This document shows, one piece after another, positions 13,343 to 25,718 of a stretch of DNA of 64,000 nt. The notes under the pieces are model-generated. The model did no database searches. It saw only the letters and a list, made by a program, of their open reading frames with translations, and was not told where the DNA came from. The stretch is from Eledone cirrhosa (lineage: Eukaryota), in contig OZ024740.1 of the NCBI GenBank assembly GCA_964016885.1, forward strand, positions 99,944,001-100,008,000. Reading direction: 5' to 3'. Each line of letters opens with the position of its first letter. The first letter of the stretch is position 1. The translations under genes were made by a program, and so were the position numbers.

Positions 13343-13738
13343 TAGTAATAATAATAAATTTGAAGCCTAAAATCCAAAGAGGGCTCAATAAGGATAAATA
13401 TATATCAAATATATAAGAACCCTAGAGCAAATATTTATTAAAATAACAGATTATAGTTTAAGCAAAGAATCTCTGCTTTCATCCTTAACGGGATCTTCTG
13501 AAACTAAAAAAATAATCTGTGAACGCAGAAGTAAATATTTCGAAAAACGTTGTAGAATTATTCAGGTGTTGTTTCTGCATGATGAATATAAGTCAATAGA
13601 GTGCTCAACCGAGGGATCCGGAATGAAACAGTTTTACTCCTGTAGAAGCCTTTCTATATTAAATATTTATACTCTGCTTTGTATAGAGTACTTTACTTAC
13701 TGTGGTTACCCCGATTGAACCCGGGATAAACTTAAATG

Positions 13739-13787
<49 letters not shown>

Positions 13788-13984
13788 TAAAATAACAGAT
13801 TAAAGTTTAAGCAAAGAATCGCTGCTTTCACCCTTAACGGGATCTTCTGAATATAAAAAATCAATCTGTGAACGCAGAAGTAAATATTTCAAAAAACGTT
13901 GCCACCGAAGGAAGACAGTAAGCCGATACTTTGGTTCGTGGAAGCGTTCCCTGGCAAAGAACGGAAAAAAACGAAGATTATACG

Positions 13985-13988
<4 letters not shown>
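13343..13988 (-). mobile_element. Non-coding derivative of the PLE at 37665-40332 (two pLTR modules flanking the ORF-start region)
   Basis: 13343-13552 and 13783-13988 match the pLTR; ~13558-13620 matches ~39749-39810, which includes the ORF start codon. Confidence 0.8.
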
Positions 13989-14025
<37 letters not shown>

Positions 14026-14481
14026 AGCTTTTCTAAGGAACCCTTTTAAATGGATGGCATAAGCAGAATATTTTCTAACATATTCTCTGACAGCGATATT
14101 TTAAATTATGTCTCACCCTGTTATTTTGATGCACTTGCAATAATTGGATTCAGTGAGAAAATAGCATGTAAGGAACATTTCCCTGAAACAGAACTAAGGA
14201 AAGAAGACATAATTTGATTCAACTTATCCTACAGTCAGAACAAACATAACCACCAATATAGCTATTTATTTCCTGTCTCTATAAAGTAAACATTTCCAAG
14301 TCACATATAAAAACTAGAAGCCTTTTAATAGATACAGTTTTATAGTGGCATTACTTCTCAGATCTTATATCAAAATATAAGTTACATACCCAATAATTCC
14401 TTAATACAACAACAATCTTGCCAGAGCAGAACTATCCAGAACTGCCTACTTAAAGAATCTTTCCTCACTAATGTGATAGTA

Positions 14482-14823
14482 CAGTAGATCTTCTGTTCAC
14501 AAATGGCTTTCACCATGAACAATTCGGTTCATGAACAATTTTCCAAGCATAAAACATCTCAGATGACAAACAGTGTCTTGAGAAAGGAACACACAAGCTA
14601 GCAACAATGGTTGGTGAAAGTTCGGGAGTATCAGCAAGAAAGCATTACTTGCTGTTTAGTTAGTTACTAGAGTGATATCTATCTGTTTTTCACACACAGT
14701 CTCTCTCTCTCACTGTATTTCTTTCTAAGAAATTTGTATGGTAAAAAAGTTTCAATTTAGAAATATTTTGAGCGATGAACGGCATTTAGGAATGAATTAA
14801 GTTCATGAATCGAGGTTTCATTG
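14482..14823. mobile_element. pogo/Tigger-like MITE
   Basis: Imperfect TIRs CAGTAGATCTTCTGTTCAC / GTTCATGAATCGAGGTTTCATTG, flanked by TA at 14480-81 and 14824-25. Confidence 0.65.
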
Positions 14824-14891
14824 TATATTGAACACATATAAATCTAACAATGATAGAGAGGGAAATTGCTTGGAATGTGCAGAGAACACCG

Positions 14892-15098
14892 TTAACTGTT
14901 TAGCATTTACATTACTATATATATACTATTATATTATCATGGTAAAGGCTTTACCTCACATAATAACAAATCTATGAGATTTTGATATTATTTATTTTGA
15001 GAACAATACCTTAACATAAGTATGAGCAGCCAGTTATGGCCGGTTTGAACAGAAAGAGCCGAGAGAATTTTGACTGGATATGGCCGGCTTAAGGTTAA
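14892..15098. mobile_element. piggyBac-like (TTAA) MITE
   Basis: TTAA at both ends; removing it restores the host PLE frame; same family in opposite orientation at ~21992-22207. Confidence 0.65.
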
Positions 15099-15574
15099 GA
15101 AAATATGCAATCAGCATAGACATTCATTTAAATCTAGTGACACAATGAATGGTAACTCTCTATATAGAAATATCAGAAAATTAATAGAATGTGAACTCAA
15201 TAACACCCCCATAGTAGGGCAAATTGTGAGTAATGCACCACTGTATAGCAATGCAGTAAAGTATAGTTTGTACAATAACTATTTCTATATAATTATGATA
15301 GGGTCCATCTGATTTGAAACACTGAATACCACAATGGTTAATTTACAGCTTAATTTGGAATACAGAACCTATGGATGAGTACAGCCATATATAGATATGT
15401 ATACACAAACACACACATGCTTATTTTCCAACAGTTTGAGGTGAATGTATAAAAGAATGTATGAAGTACTATATATATATATGTCTGTGAGTGTGTGACC
15501 TTGTGTGTTCTTACATTGCATTCATGTATACATGGAAACACACACACATGAAAATGTAATTGTATAAAAATATT

Positions 15575-15795
15575 GGTTTCTTATATATAGGCACAAGACC
15601 AGCAATTGGGGGGGGGCGATTAAATCGACCACAGTCGACCCCAGTGCATGACTGGTACTTTATTTTATCGACCCCGTAAGGATGAAAGGCAAAGTTAGCC
15701 TCGGCGGGATTTGAACTCAGATCATAAAGGGCCGTAACTCTATGATGCAAAGCATGGCGTCCGACTCCCTACCGATACTGCCAATCCACTGCCTT
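15575..15795 (-). mobile_element. tRNA-derived SINE (family A)
   Basis: Near-identical to 4560-4746. Confidence 0.8.
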
Positions 15796-15889
15796 AATTG
15801 TATAAAAATTGTATAAAAGATATTAAAATAGAAAATGATAATCAAAACATGGGGTTATTGTGTAGGAAGTATGAATAATATAAAAAAAT

Positions 15890-17450
15890 AATAATTAAAT
15901 GAATGTGTACAGTGCTCAGGTGCACTACAACTCATCAAAGGTGCATGTATAGTACATAGAATAATGTACAAATGTCAAGAAAGTGAACAGTGTATGAGTC
16001 ATGATATACATGTGTACTTGTGTATGGAGGGGGAATATCAGGTGTAGCTTTGACAAATTTCAGGAAGCTTGGAGGTTTTAAAGGATGCAGTATCTCGGCA
16101 GCTAACAACTGATGCAGGTAGTTTGTTCCATGCTTCAGCAACTCTGAGCATATAAAAAATGTCTTCGAAAGTCATTGGAGCTGTACTGTCTTCTGAATTT
16201 GAAGGCATGCCCACGTGTGTTAGACACATGGAATTCAAAAAGGTGGTCAGGGTTGTTGTTGGCAAGATGGTTAATAATTTTGTGGGTGTTTACTAAGTCA
16301 GTTGTCAGATGTCGGAGCTTCAATGTATCCATGCCCAGGGAGGCAAGGCAATCAGTGTATGGTAGATGCCTGATGGAGGGTATTTGCTTCATTGCTTGTC
16401 TCTGAACAGTTTCCAGGAGGTCAATGTTCTGAGCAAGATAAAGGTTCCAGATTGGTGATGCAAATTCTAAGTGTGGCCGCACCATAGCTATATACAGCTT
16501 TAGATAGATAGCTGGAGAGCGGCTGACAAAGGTCTAGCTGACAATTTTAGAGACATGCTTTGTCCAACGCAAATCGCTGCTGACAGTAATGCCCAGATCA
16601 CGTTCACAAGAAGACTTCTTGATATTAGTGTTGTGGAGGGAGTATGTGGATGCTGGGTTTTTCCTCCCAAAATGCATGGTGGTACACTTGTTCACAGCCA
16701 GCTTGAGTTGCCAGTCCATAATCCATTGCTTCATTATCATCCAGGTCAGATTGCAGGAAAGATCTATAGTGTTAAGGATCTGTCCTTTTTATCTCAAGAT
16801 ACAGCTTGATGTCATCTGCATATTTCAGTACTGTGGCATTCTTTAAGTTATCATCTATGTCATTAATATATGCAACAAACAAAAGGAGACCAATAACAGA
16901 TCCCTATGGTACACCAGATGACATCTCATACCATGAAGAATGTTGTTCTAGAACCATGACTACCTCTTTTCGACTGAGAATGAAGGGCTTGAACCGGTTA
17001 AAAAGATCATCTTTCACACACATTGCAGAGAGTTTTGCCATAATTCTTTTGCATGGCGCAGAATTAAAAGCTTTAGCAAAGTCAAGGTAAACAACCATGG
17101 ACTGCCATTAGTGATCCGGGTGATATCTTCAAGAAACTCAATAAGTTGATCACAGCAGCTGGAGTTAGGGATAAATCCAAATTGCGAGGGCTTGATAAGA
17201 TTGTGAGAGTTCCAGAAGTTCCAGAGTGTTTCTTTGACACAGGATTCCATCAGGCTGGCAATGCAGCTAGTAAGACTGACTGGACGATAGTTGACAGGCA
17301 ACGTATGGTCACCCATTTTGAACAGAGGAATGACACTGGCAGTTTTCCAGTGCTCCGGAGTAGCACCATTGTTAAGACAGAATTGAAAGAAGAGTGAAAG
17401 CTGGTGCAGAAGGAAGTACCCACCACGTTTGAGAAGCAGGTACATAACAC
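15890..17450 (-). mobile_element. CR1-group LINE, 5'-truncated, frameshifted RT
   Basis: WKTASVIPLFK.GD..P.NYRPVSLTS, QFGF, YLDFAKAFN, SGVP, YADDIKL, ERDLGI, VRPHLEFASPIW. Confidence 0.92.
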
Positions 17451-18544
17451 CATCAAGACCAGGAGAGGCATAGTTGCAGGTGTAAATACACTAAAGGGCA
17501 TGAAGAAGCAGAAGAATAAGAAGTGCAAAATACATTCAGAAAAGAAAACAAAGAAAGCATGAAATAGAGGCAAAGGGATAAATGTTAACAAGTATGGGTT
17601 GAGTATCTGTGTTTGATATTATTATGATAGAATATATAAGGAGAACAGGACTTGGCAAAGAAAAAAAAAATATAAGACAGGTCCATGAAATGCTTTCAAA
17701 AAATGAATAGTGATAAAGCAGGTTAGATAGAAACAAACAGATAGTATATGTATGGGTTAGGGGAAGAAAATTTGATTGATACAATAAAAGAAGAGAGTGA
17801 GGAGAGAAGGTAGATGGAGTTTACAATATATGTTAAGGTGCAAAGATAAGAGAAAGACTTAATGTGATTACTGATGTATGTGTGATAACTATTTCTATAT
17901 AATTATAAAATATAAAATTTTGTATAGATTTAAAGGTAGAAAATACAAAGGGAAACAGAGTAATTCTTGATGTGGGAAATAAATAAGATAAGGAAAATAA
18001 TATAAAATTGAGTTGGAATATATACTGTGTCCCCACATCTTATGCAAATAATTGGAATCCCATCCTGCATTATTAAAATATGCATGTATTCAAAACCTTC
18101 ACATAAACTGTCTATGTATATTGTTGGTTTTGCAGAGGCATGATGTAAGGTTCTCTAGAGGTTAAGAAAACTCAGCAAAAGAATGATAATGATTGGGGTT
18201 TGTTGCTTCTTCCTTAAACAAGAAGATGCAGTTTTATGTGGAACAGGAAGTTAAAAAACTTCAAAGATTAAAAAAAATGTTTGATTATGAAATTAAGGTG
18301 CAAGTGGCTGAGCATTGCCCAAATGAACTTAATGTATATTTGGGGAGATGTAAAATGATAGTGTGATATGGCCAGCCATTTGAATAATAGGCACAGTTCA
18401 TTCAATGGATTTCCAAATAGTTTTTGTTTACACAATTCCACTTACAAGACATGGGTTGATGCAAGGCTATGTGATATGACACTTGTCCAAGATGTTATGC
18501 AGTGCAATTAAAGCCGAATCATTAAGATTATATATATATATATG

Positions 18545-19052
18545 TATATATAAGATAATGAAGGGTTTCTCCCTGTGAATGAAAGGTTGGTTATATGATG
18601 CCTGTGTGAGATGTGCGATGCTGCATGGTAGTGAGACATAGGCAGCAACTGCGGAGCATATGATAAGGCTGGAGAGAAATAAAGCAAGCATGCTCCAATG
18701 GATGTGCAATGTCAATGTGCATGACCAAGCATAGACAAGTTGAGAGTGAAACTGTGTATAAGAGGGATAAACCTTTGTGTGCGAGACAGAAGACTTTATT
18801 GGTATGGACATTTGATGCACATTGAGGATGACCACTGGATGAAGAAGTGCCAAGAAATCCCGGTGGAAGGAAGATACAGCAGAGAAAGACCACAAAAAAC
18901 ATGGGCGGAGGTGGTGAGAGCTGACCTAAGATCACTGAAGCTCGCAGAGGAGATAACAAAGGACAATGACGAATGGAGAGATGCTGCGCTGAAAAGACCC
19001 TCCCTCCCTTGCAAGCAAGGAAAAGCGGACGTAAAATGAGGATGATGATGAT
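18545..19052 (+). mobile_element. RTE LINE 3' end with (GAT)n tail
   Basis: RRLYWYGHLM...GR..RERPQKTWAEVVRADL...WR; the tail is shared with family B SINEs. Confidence 0.88.
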
Positions 19053-19499
19053 GGGCTCCCACACAATACTTGTATACCAAATTCCTCTCAAAATGTATCG
19101 GTCCATCTTAGGCTATGTTAAAATACACTTTTTCTATAGTCTATAGAGATCAAATCAAGATCCACATGATTATGTAGTGAACATTCTAACCACACAGCCA
19201 TGATTGTGTCAATTACCATCAGTAAACACTTCGGTCACATTAGATAGAATATTCCTAGTCAGTTCTCTGTTGTGGTTGTTTATCCCATGTCAGCACTGAT
19301 TGAGCAAACCTGTAATCAATAGCATTCCAATCATGAACATTTGTTTATTTTTTCAATCAAAATGTGTCTAGGACTACATTATTCAATGTGTATTTTAAAA
19401 AGAAATTAATGGAGAATGTGGCTGCTGTAACTAGCAAGTAGAATGACTCAATGTAGGCTCTCTTGAAGGCTCTTGTGTAAATGTTCCTGTCAGTGCTCA

Positions 19500-20400
19500 T
19501 CACACTATCTTCAATTCATATTTCATCATGTATGGTGTAACTCTTGATTATGTATCCCTCCTCACACTCTTCCCTCTGTATATTAATGACTTGGTATTTC
19601 TTAGTTTACACATTGCAATACAGATGATACCACACTGCATCTCTCATTAATTTCTCCATATGAGTGTCATGTCCATACAACCACAACATTTTACATTAGA
19701 CTTGCACAGATTTCATGAACAGAGGCCAGGAACATTGTCTAATGATGGAATGATAACCTACTCTTCTCTATCAATAACTCTGAAAAGTTTGCATATAAAA
19801 AAATATAAGCAAAGCAAATGAGTACATATGTGTTTGTGCTACAAATAGCAGCAAAGCCTACTTTAAATCACACTGAACTATGTTTAGGAAAACGGCATAT
19901 GATGTTCTTAAGATTAAAAATAATTGAATGGCAACAGTTGGAAAGCTTTTTATTATAGATCTGGCAATAACTAAAAGTCTTAAAATCTATACGATTCAAG
20001 GCTCAGTTTTCTGGTGATATGTCATTGTTACTTTACATATATAAAATTTGTTAAAACTGTTTATTGAAGACAAGAAAATATTCTAAATTTGACCAGTTCT
20101 CTGCCTCAACTATAAAGCTCACATATGATATACAGTGTGGAATACAGCTTATATATCTGCTATGATGTTGCCACTACACATGCAATCACCCTAGACCAAA
20201 CCCATATACATGATAAACATGAAGCTAATTGACAATGTTTTACAAAAGTACTGCTGACAATCTCTTCCAGTTGTGCTTCTTTCTGCTTCTACTATAATGG
20301 TTTCTGCTTTTCTGTGCTACTAAGTGCTGTGTTATATATTTCCAGACACACCTGATTTTCACACTTTTTCAGTCTTATCTTAGTTCATTTCTTACATTGC
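19500..20400 (+). mobile_element. Highly degenerate LINE RT remnant (L2/Jockey group)
   Basis: GV...TLFPLYINDL, TDDTTLH and YKAHI..VEYS-like motifs in broken frames. Confidence 0.45.
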
Positions 20401-21991
20401 ACAAATAATCTTTCAGAAATCTCAGGATATTTAGTAATACTTTAATACTTTTTTTTTCATATGTGTTTTATAGCCATCAACCATGTGATGGCACAAGGGT
20501 AGCAATTTGTTTAGTGGATGGGGTAGGTGGGGTAAAGGCAAAGTAGATTATATCAACCCAGTACTATATCAACCTTGAAAAGATGAAAGGAAAAGTTGTT
20601 TTGTTGGGATTTGAACTAAAAAAGGGCGAAATCTATCATTAAATGCTGCTAAGCAATTTGTCAAATGCTTTATTGAATCTGCCAATCCCTCACCTCCAAA
20701 CAGGAGAAATAAGGATATTGAGCTTGAAAATCAATTGGCTATGTATGTACTTATATATATATTCACCAGCCATTTTTGATCCACTGCTAGATGAAGCTTA
20801 AGCAAATGTGCTGGATTTCTATGCCTACCTTCCCTGGTTAACCATATGCAGGTTGGACATATTACTGAGTTCAAATGCAGAATCTAAAGAGCCATCACAT
20901 ACCAGAAAGCATCTCATCCAATACCCTTACAATTTTGCCCTTTCACAGCACCTGGAGTGATATTTCATTAATTGACCTCAAAATGTTGAAAGGCAAAGTT
21001 AACCTCCTATTATGTCAGATGCCAGGAACATTGTTTGGGGGGTTTAATTTCATCTGGGAACACCATTTAAGTAGAGAATTGCTGTGAAAGTGGAGATTTG
21101 AACCCACATCTACAGGATAAGGATGTATAACTGATAAAATGTTCTTCAATTTAAATTTTTGCTAGACTCATTCTATTATGTACTTTTACACAGTGCTTGA
21201 CTTAACATGCAGACAATAATTTTGACTCATACTGGTTCATACCCGGCTATAAAAATTAATTTAACAACACATAAATATTCAAATTTCGAAAAACTCTCTC
21301 CCCATGCTACCATGGAAAATGGCTGCTAGATAGAAAAAGGCATCTTTATATAATAACGTTTTATTGTTGTTTTTTCACTAATGGTGGCTATTACTATTGA
21401 TTAATTAATTTTAAGCATTAATGTTGTCTCTGTTCAGAAACCTAAAGCTTCCATGTATTTATATTTCTACACCTCACTAATTGTGTATAAAGAGGAGTCA
21501 ATATTCTAGCATGACCAGAACAACAATTTATACAATATTAAAATCATTTAATTTAAATACTTTATTCTAATTTTAATTTTTATGTTTTATTTTAAATTTG
21601 AAACATTCAAAATATAAAATTTATTAAACTTTTCCTTTGGGAGAAAATATAATATGCCATTTTATTTTTTGGCTCAGCAACCTACATTTTAATAGAATAC
21701 ATGAAGTGGTCTTGTGGTTAAGAAGTTCATCTTGCAGTCTGGTTGTTTTAGGTTCTATCCCACTGTGTAGATGCAGAAATGGCAGAGTGCTTGGGAATTT
21801 CATAAATGGTAGAGGTTTGTGGAATACTCAACCACTCATTAATTCATGAGTTGCTTAAACAGCTGAAAATGTTTTCCATAAACCCAGACTGACCAAAGCT
21901 TTCTGATTGATCCAGTAAATGGAAACTGTAATAAAGTCTGTCGGAAACCTCATAGGTGAGATACTTAATGTATCACCCACCACTGGATTCA

Positions 21992-22207
21992 TTATCCCAT
22001 TAGCATTTAAACTGGTTGTATCCGGCCAAAATTCTTTACCCTTTTTGAAACCGACTGTAACCAACAGCTCATACCAACATTAAGATATCGTTCTTAAAGT
22101 AAACAATAACATCATCGAAATCTCGTAGACTCGAGATTATGTGAGATAAAGCCTTTACCATGAAAATACAATAGTACATATAGAGTAATGTAAATGCTAA
22201 AGAGTTA
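21992..22207. mobile_element. piggyBac-like MITE
   Basis: TIR-like ends TTAGCATTTA...TAAATGCTAA; homologous to 14892-15098. Confidence 0.6.
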
Positions 22208-22849
22208 GAGATTAGTGACCATCTTTCACTTCACAAATCACTTTATGAAATAAAGGATGGATTAAATGTTTTTTTGTTTTTTCGTTTTTTTCAAAGTGTA
22301 ATCATTTCTAAGACCTTTTTTGAAGGGGTATGGTGTATTACTGGCAGACATTCTATTTATTACCAAACAGAAACTAGCAATTGTATATATCTGTTATTTG
22401 AATATGGTAACCAGCAATTGTCTTTATCTTCTACTAATCTATATCATTACTATGACTTCAAGCTACTGCCAGGTACTTTGAAATCCCTTTAATATTACCC
22501 CCTAGGAGTAGCCTGAACCTGATATCAATTTAACCATATACTGCTCATAATACATTTCTCCCTAATTTAGCTAAAATTATGAATTATAATTCTTACAGCT
22601 CAAGATATGTTTATTACATATAAAACATGTGAAATAAAAGATTTTAAGTTAGGAAAAAAAAAAAGGAATAAAGGAAATGACACAAATATGTTTGATTTAT
22701 CTGGATCATCACTAATAGAACAGATTTGGATTAAAAGTATTCCATCCAGCTGTGACCAGGCTTGTTTTATTTTAATTTTCTTAATTTGAAACATTTAAAC
22801 TATAATATTTATAAATGTTTTCCTATGGAAGAAAACATGATAATGATTT

Positions 22850-23048
22850 CTGATTTAAGGACAAGGCCAGCAATTTTGGGGGCGAAGAAAGCTGATTAAA
22901 TCGACCTCAGTGTGTTACTGGTACTATATTTTATTGACACTGTAAGAATAAAAGGTAAAGCTAACCTGGGTGGGATTTGAACTCAGAACATAAAACTATA
23001 TCATAAAGCATGTTGTCTGATGCTCTACCAAAACTGCTTATCTGCCAC
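22850..23048 (-). mobile_element. tRNA-derived SINE (family A), diverged
   Basis: Similar to 4560-4746. Confidence 0.65.
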
Positions 23049-23144
23049 AAGAAAACATGATAATAATAATAGGAAAAAAACACAGATGTCATTTTATTCT
23101 ATGGCTGATCAACCTATTTTTTATCATATTTCATAATATAGTCA

Positions 23145-23501
23145 TTACAATGTGGGCTAGGTGCTTTTTGTCCTGACACCTATATGGACACTTTACAGTG
23201 TGGAGTGCACACTATTTGTCATGACAGCTACACAGCCACTTTAGAGTGTGGACTGGGCACTTTTCATTGTGGACACCTACACAACTACTTTCCAGTATGG
23301 GCTGGACGCTTTTTATTGTGACATCTACATGACCACTTTACAGCATGGGCTGGGCGCTTTTTGTTGCGACACCTACACGACCACTTTACAGTGTGGGCTG
23401 GGCACTTTTTGTCATGAACACCTACACGACCACTTTATATTGTGGGCTGTGTGCTTTTTGTCATGGCACTTACATAACACTTTACAGTGTGGGCTTGGTG
23501 C
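23145..23501. repeat. ~48-bp minisatellite (~7.4 units)
   Basis: Consensus TTACAGTGTGGGCTGGGCGCTTTTTGTCGTGACACCTACACGACCACT; reverse complement of the internal module of family B SINEs. Confidence 0.9.
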
Positions 23502-25514
23502 AGTGCTGCCATCTTATATAAATTCCATAATTAGCTCAAATATTCTCTAATTATTTTTGATTGAATGTATTCTTTATATTTTTAAGAGCTGGATAATTGA
23601 AAAAATGGAAGTGTTATTTTCATTTCTTTATTAACTGAAATGCAATGATAGTGAAACAAACCTTTTCTAGGAACAAAAGATTTTTTAACAAACGGGCTTT
23701 TCTACTCTTTGTCTAAGATTTTATATCAAGCAGATATTGATAATATCTTGATGATGCAATATTCAATCTATATATATGATACATATACAGATCGATGTTG
23801 CTTCATTGTTACAGCAGATAAAACCGAGAATGCAAGAAGGGTCCCATGAGGTTGTTTGGCTCTTTCAACGCATCTCTCATCTTCATATTTCATAACACAC
23901 TGGGTGAATAACAGTGTCATTAGTTACAGATTTTCAATCATCCAATCACTGGTTGACTGCATTTATGATTGTTAGAATAAAAATGCAGCACCTGTGTAAT
24001 TAGAGCAGAACAAATACTACATAATATTTTAGTTCATAAACACCAATTTGAAATTTTTCTTGCTATTGTTTATATCTTTCATTTCACATGCACACACACA
24101 AATAGATGTACATGTGTGTGTATATGTGAGATGAGATTCTATACAGTTTTCGACTACCAAATTCTACTTACAAGGCTATGGTAGAAATCAATTGCTGCAA
24201 GTATTGCACAATGGGATCTAACCTGAAACCATGTTGTTGTGAAAGAAATGTCTTAACCACACCACCATGCAATATATTTCCTCAACGCCATTTTCTGTTC
24301 ATTAACTTTAAATCTAAGGAGGAGTTTGATTTCTTCATTGAGTTGTTTTCACAACCATAAGTGTTTTCACAACCATAATTTGTTGAGTTTTTAAATGGGC
24401 ATTATCACAAGGTTTCAATCTTTAGTCATATCACAATACTAATAGTATTAGTAATAATAAGTCTTTCTAGCAATATCTCTTGGTCAAACAAACTTGTATA
24501 TATAGTGAATACTATCATCTTCAGTTCATTTAGTCATTCTAGACTCAATTATATTTTGTTTCCTCTCTCATATGGTGCCATAGACATTACACCTCTCTAT
24601 TGACGAGATATTAGTCTCTACATTGTCAAGAGCCTTTATTATCTTGTTCCTTGAGAGCAAATAGAAAGACTCTCCTCCCTCCTTTAGGCAAATTTTGATA
24701 ATTTTTCTCCTCATCTGTTCAGGCAAGATGTGATCTTTTGGATACATCTTTGGATACTACTTTAAATTTAGAGTTTAAACATTTGAAGTAAAGCTGGCGT
24801 ATCTGGTATAACTATCTCCATCTAAACATTACATGCTCAGTGAATTTCGCACCTGAGGCAATATTATTTTTGCTGTTGTTGTTGTCAAATAAATTCTAAA
24901 CTCCACTCAATAAACCATTACAATTTTATGGAAAAGCCTGATTTCTTTGCTTTTGAAGCAGGTATGTCCTGCTGGAAAGTAGGCTCATTTTTATTTTTGG
25001 AAGTGAGGGTCTTATGTTCAAGGAAATGTTTGTTTTTATTTTCCTTTCTGCAGATGTTGCTCAGTTGATTTCTTACAAAACAAATTGAGCAGCAACACAA
25101 AATCAAAAATGTTCAAATAAAGTTATTGTTTTTTTTAAGAAAAACAATTATAGGGAAAATGACTTTAAGTCTGATCAAGAAGAAATGGAATATTGAACAG
25201 ATTTCCTTTTTCATTTTTGAAAATGATGCTAGAATTAATTAAACATAATTCACTAGGCTTGTAAAAATATCAAATTTGTTTAAACTTGGAAAAACAGTCA
25301 TCCAAGCAAGAGCAGAAGTAAACACATCTACATTTTCTACTTCTAATATTAATAATTTATGTTATTGGCAACAAATGTTGAGAACTGTACAAAAATAAAA
25401 TACATAGGAAAACAAGAAACAGTGGGAGCTTTACATTGAGCAAAATGGTGAGTTCAGTAATACCAATAAGATGATGTTATTAAATATATTATCTATATAT
25501 CTTCCAACCAATAC

Positions 25515-25718
25515 TGGCCCAAGGCCATCATTTTGGGAGAAATGGGAAAGTTGGTTATATTGAACTTCGTACTTAACAGGTACCTTATTTTATCGACCCA
25601 AGAGGATGAAAGGCAAAGTTGTCATCGGCTGGATTTGACCACAGACTGCAAAATGTTGTAAGTAAACACTGCAAAGCATTTTGTCCAATGATCTTCCAAT
25701 ACTGCCAATCCACCACCT
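25515..25718 (-). mobile_element. tRNA-derived SINE (family A), diverged
   Basis: TTTATCGACCC..GGATGAAAGGCAAAGTT..GGATTTGA motif. Confidence 0.65.

Larger units (their letters stand above)
14030..15310 (+). mobile_element. Old Penelope-like element 3' part (thumb to GIY-YIG), interrupted by two MITEs
   Basis: DII*FNLSYS, TNVIVY, ENTVKKIC.QHRHSFK...L...IVSNAPLY; the reading frame rejoins across both MITEs. Confidence 0.65.

Noticed and set aside
23145-23501. CRISPR-like regular repeats
   Set aside because: Units are contiguous and degenerate with no unique spacers; the context is eukaryotic and there are no cas genes.
24480-25106. Coding-like unique sequence
   Set aside because: Stops occur in all frames and I recognise no motifs.
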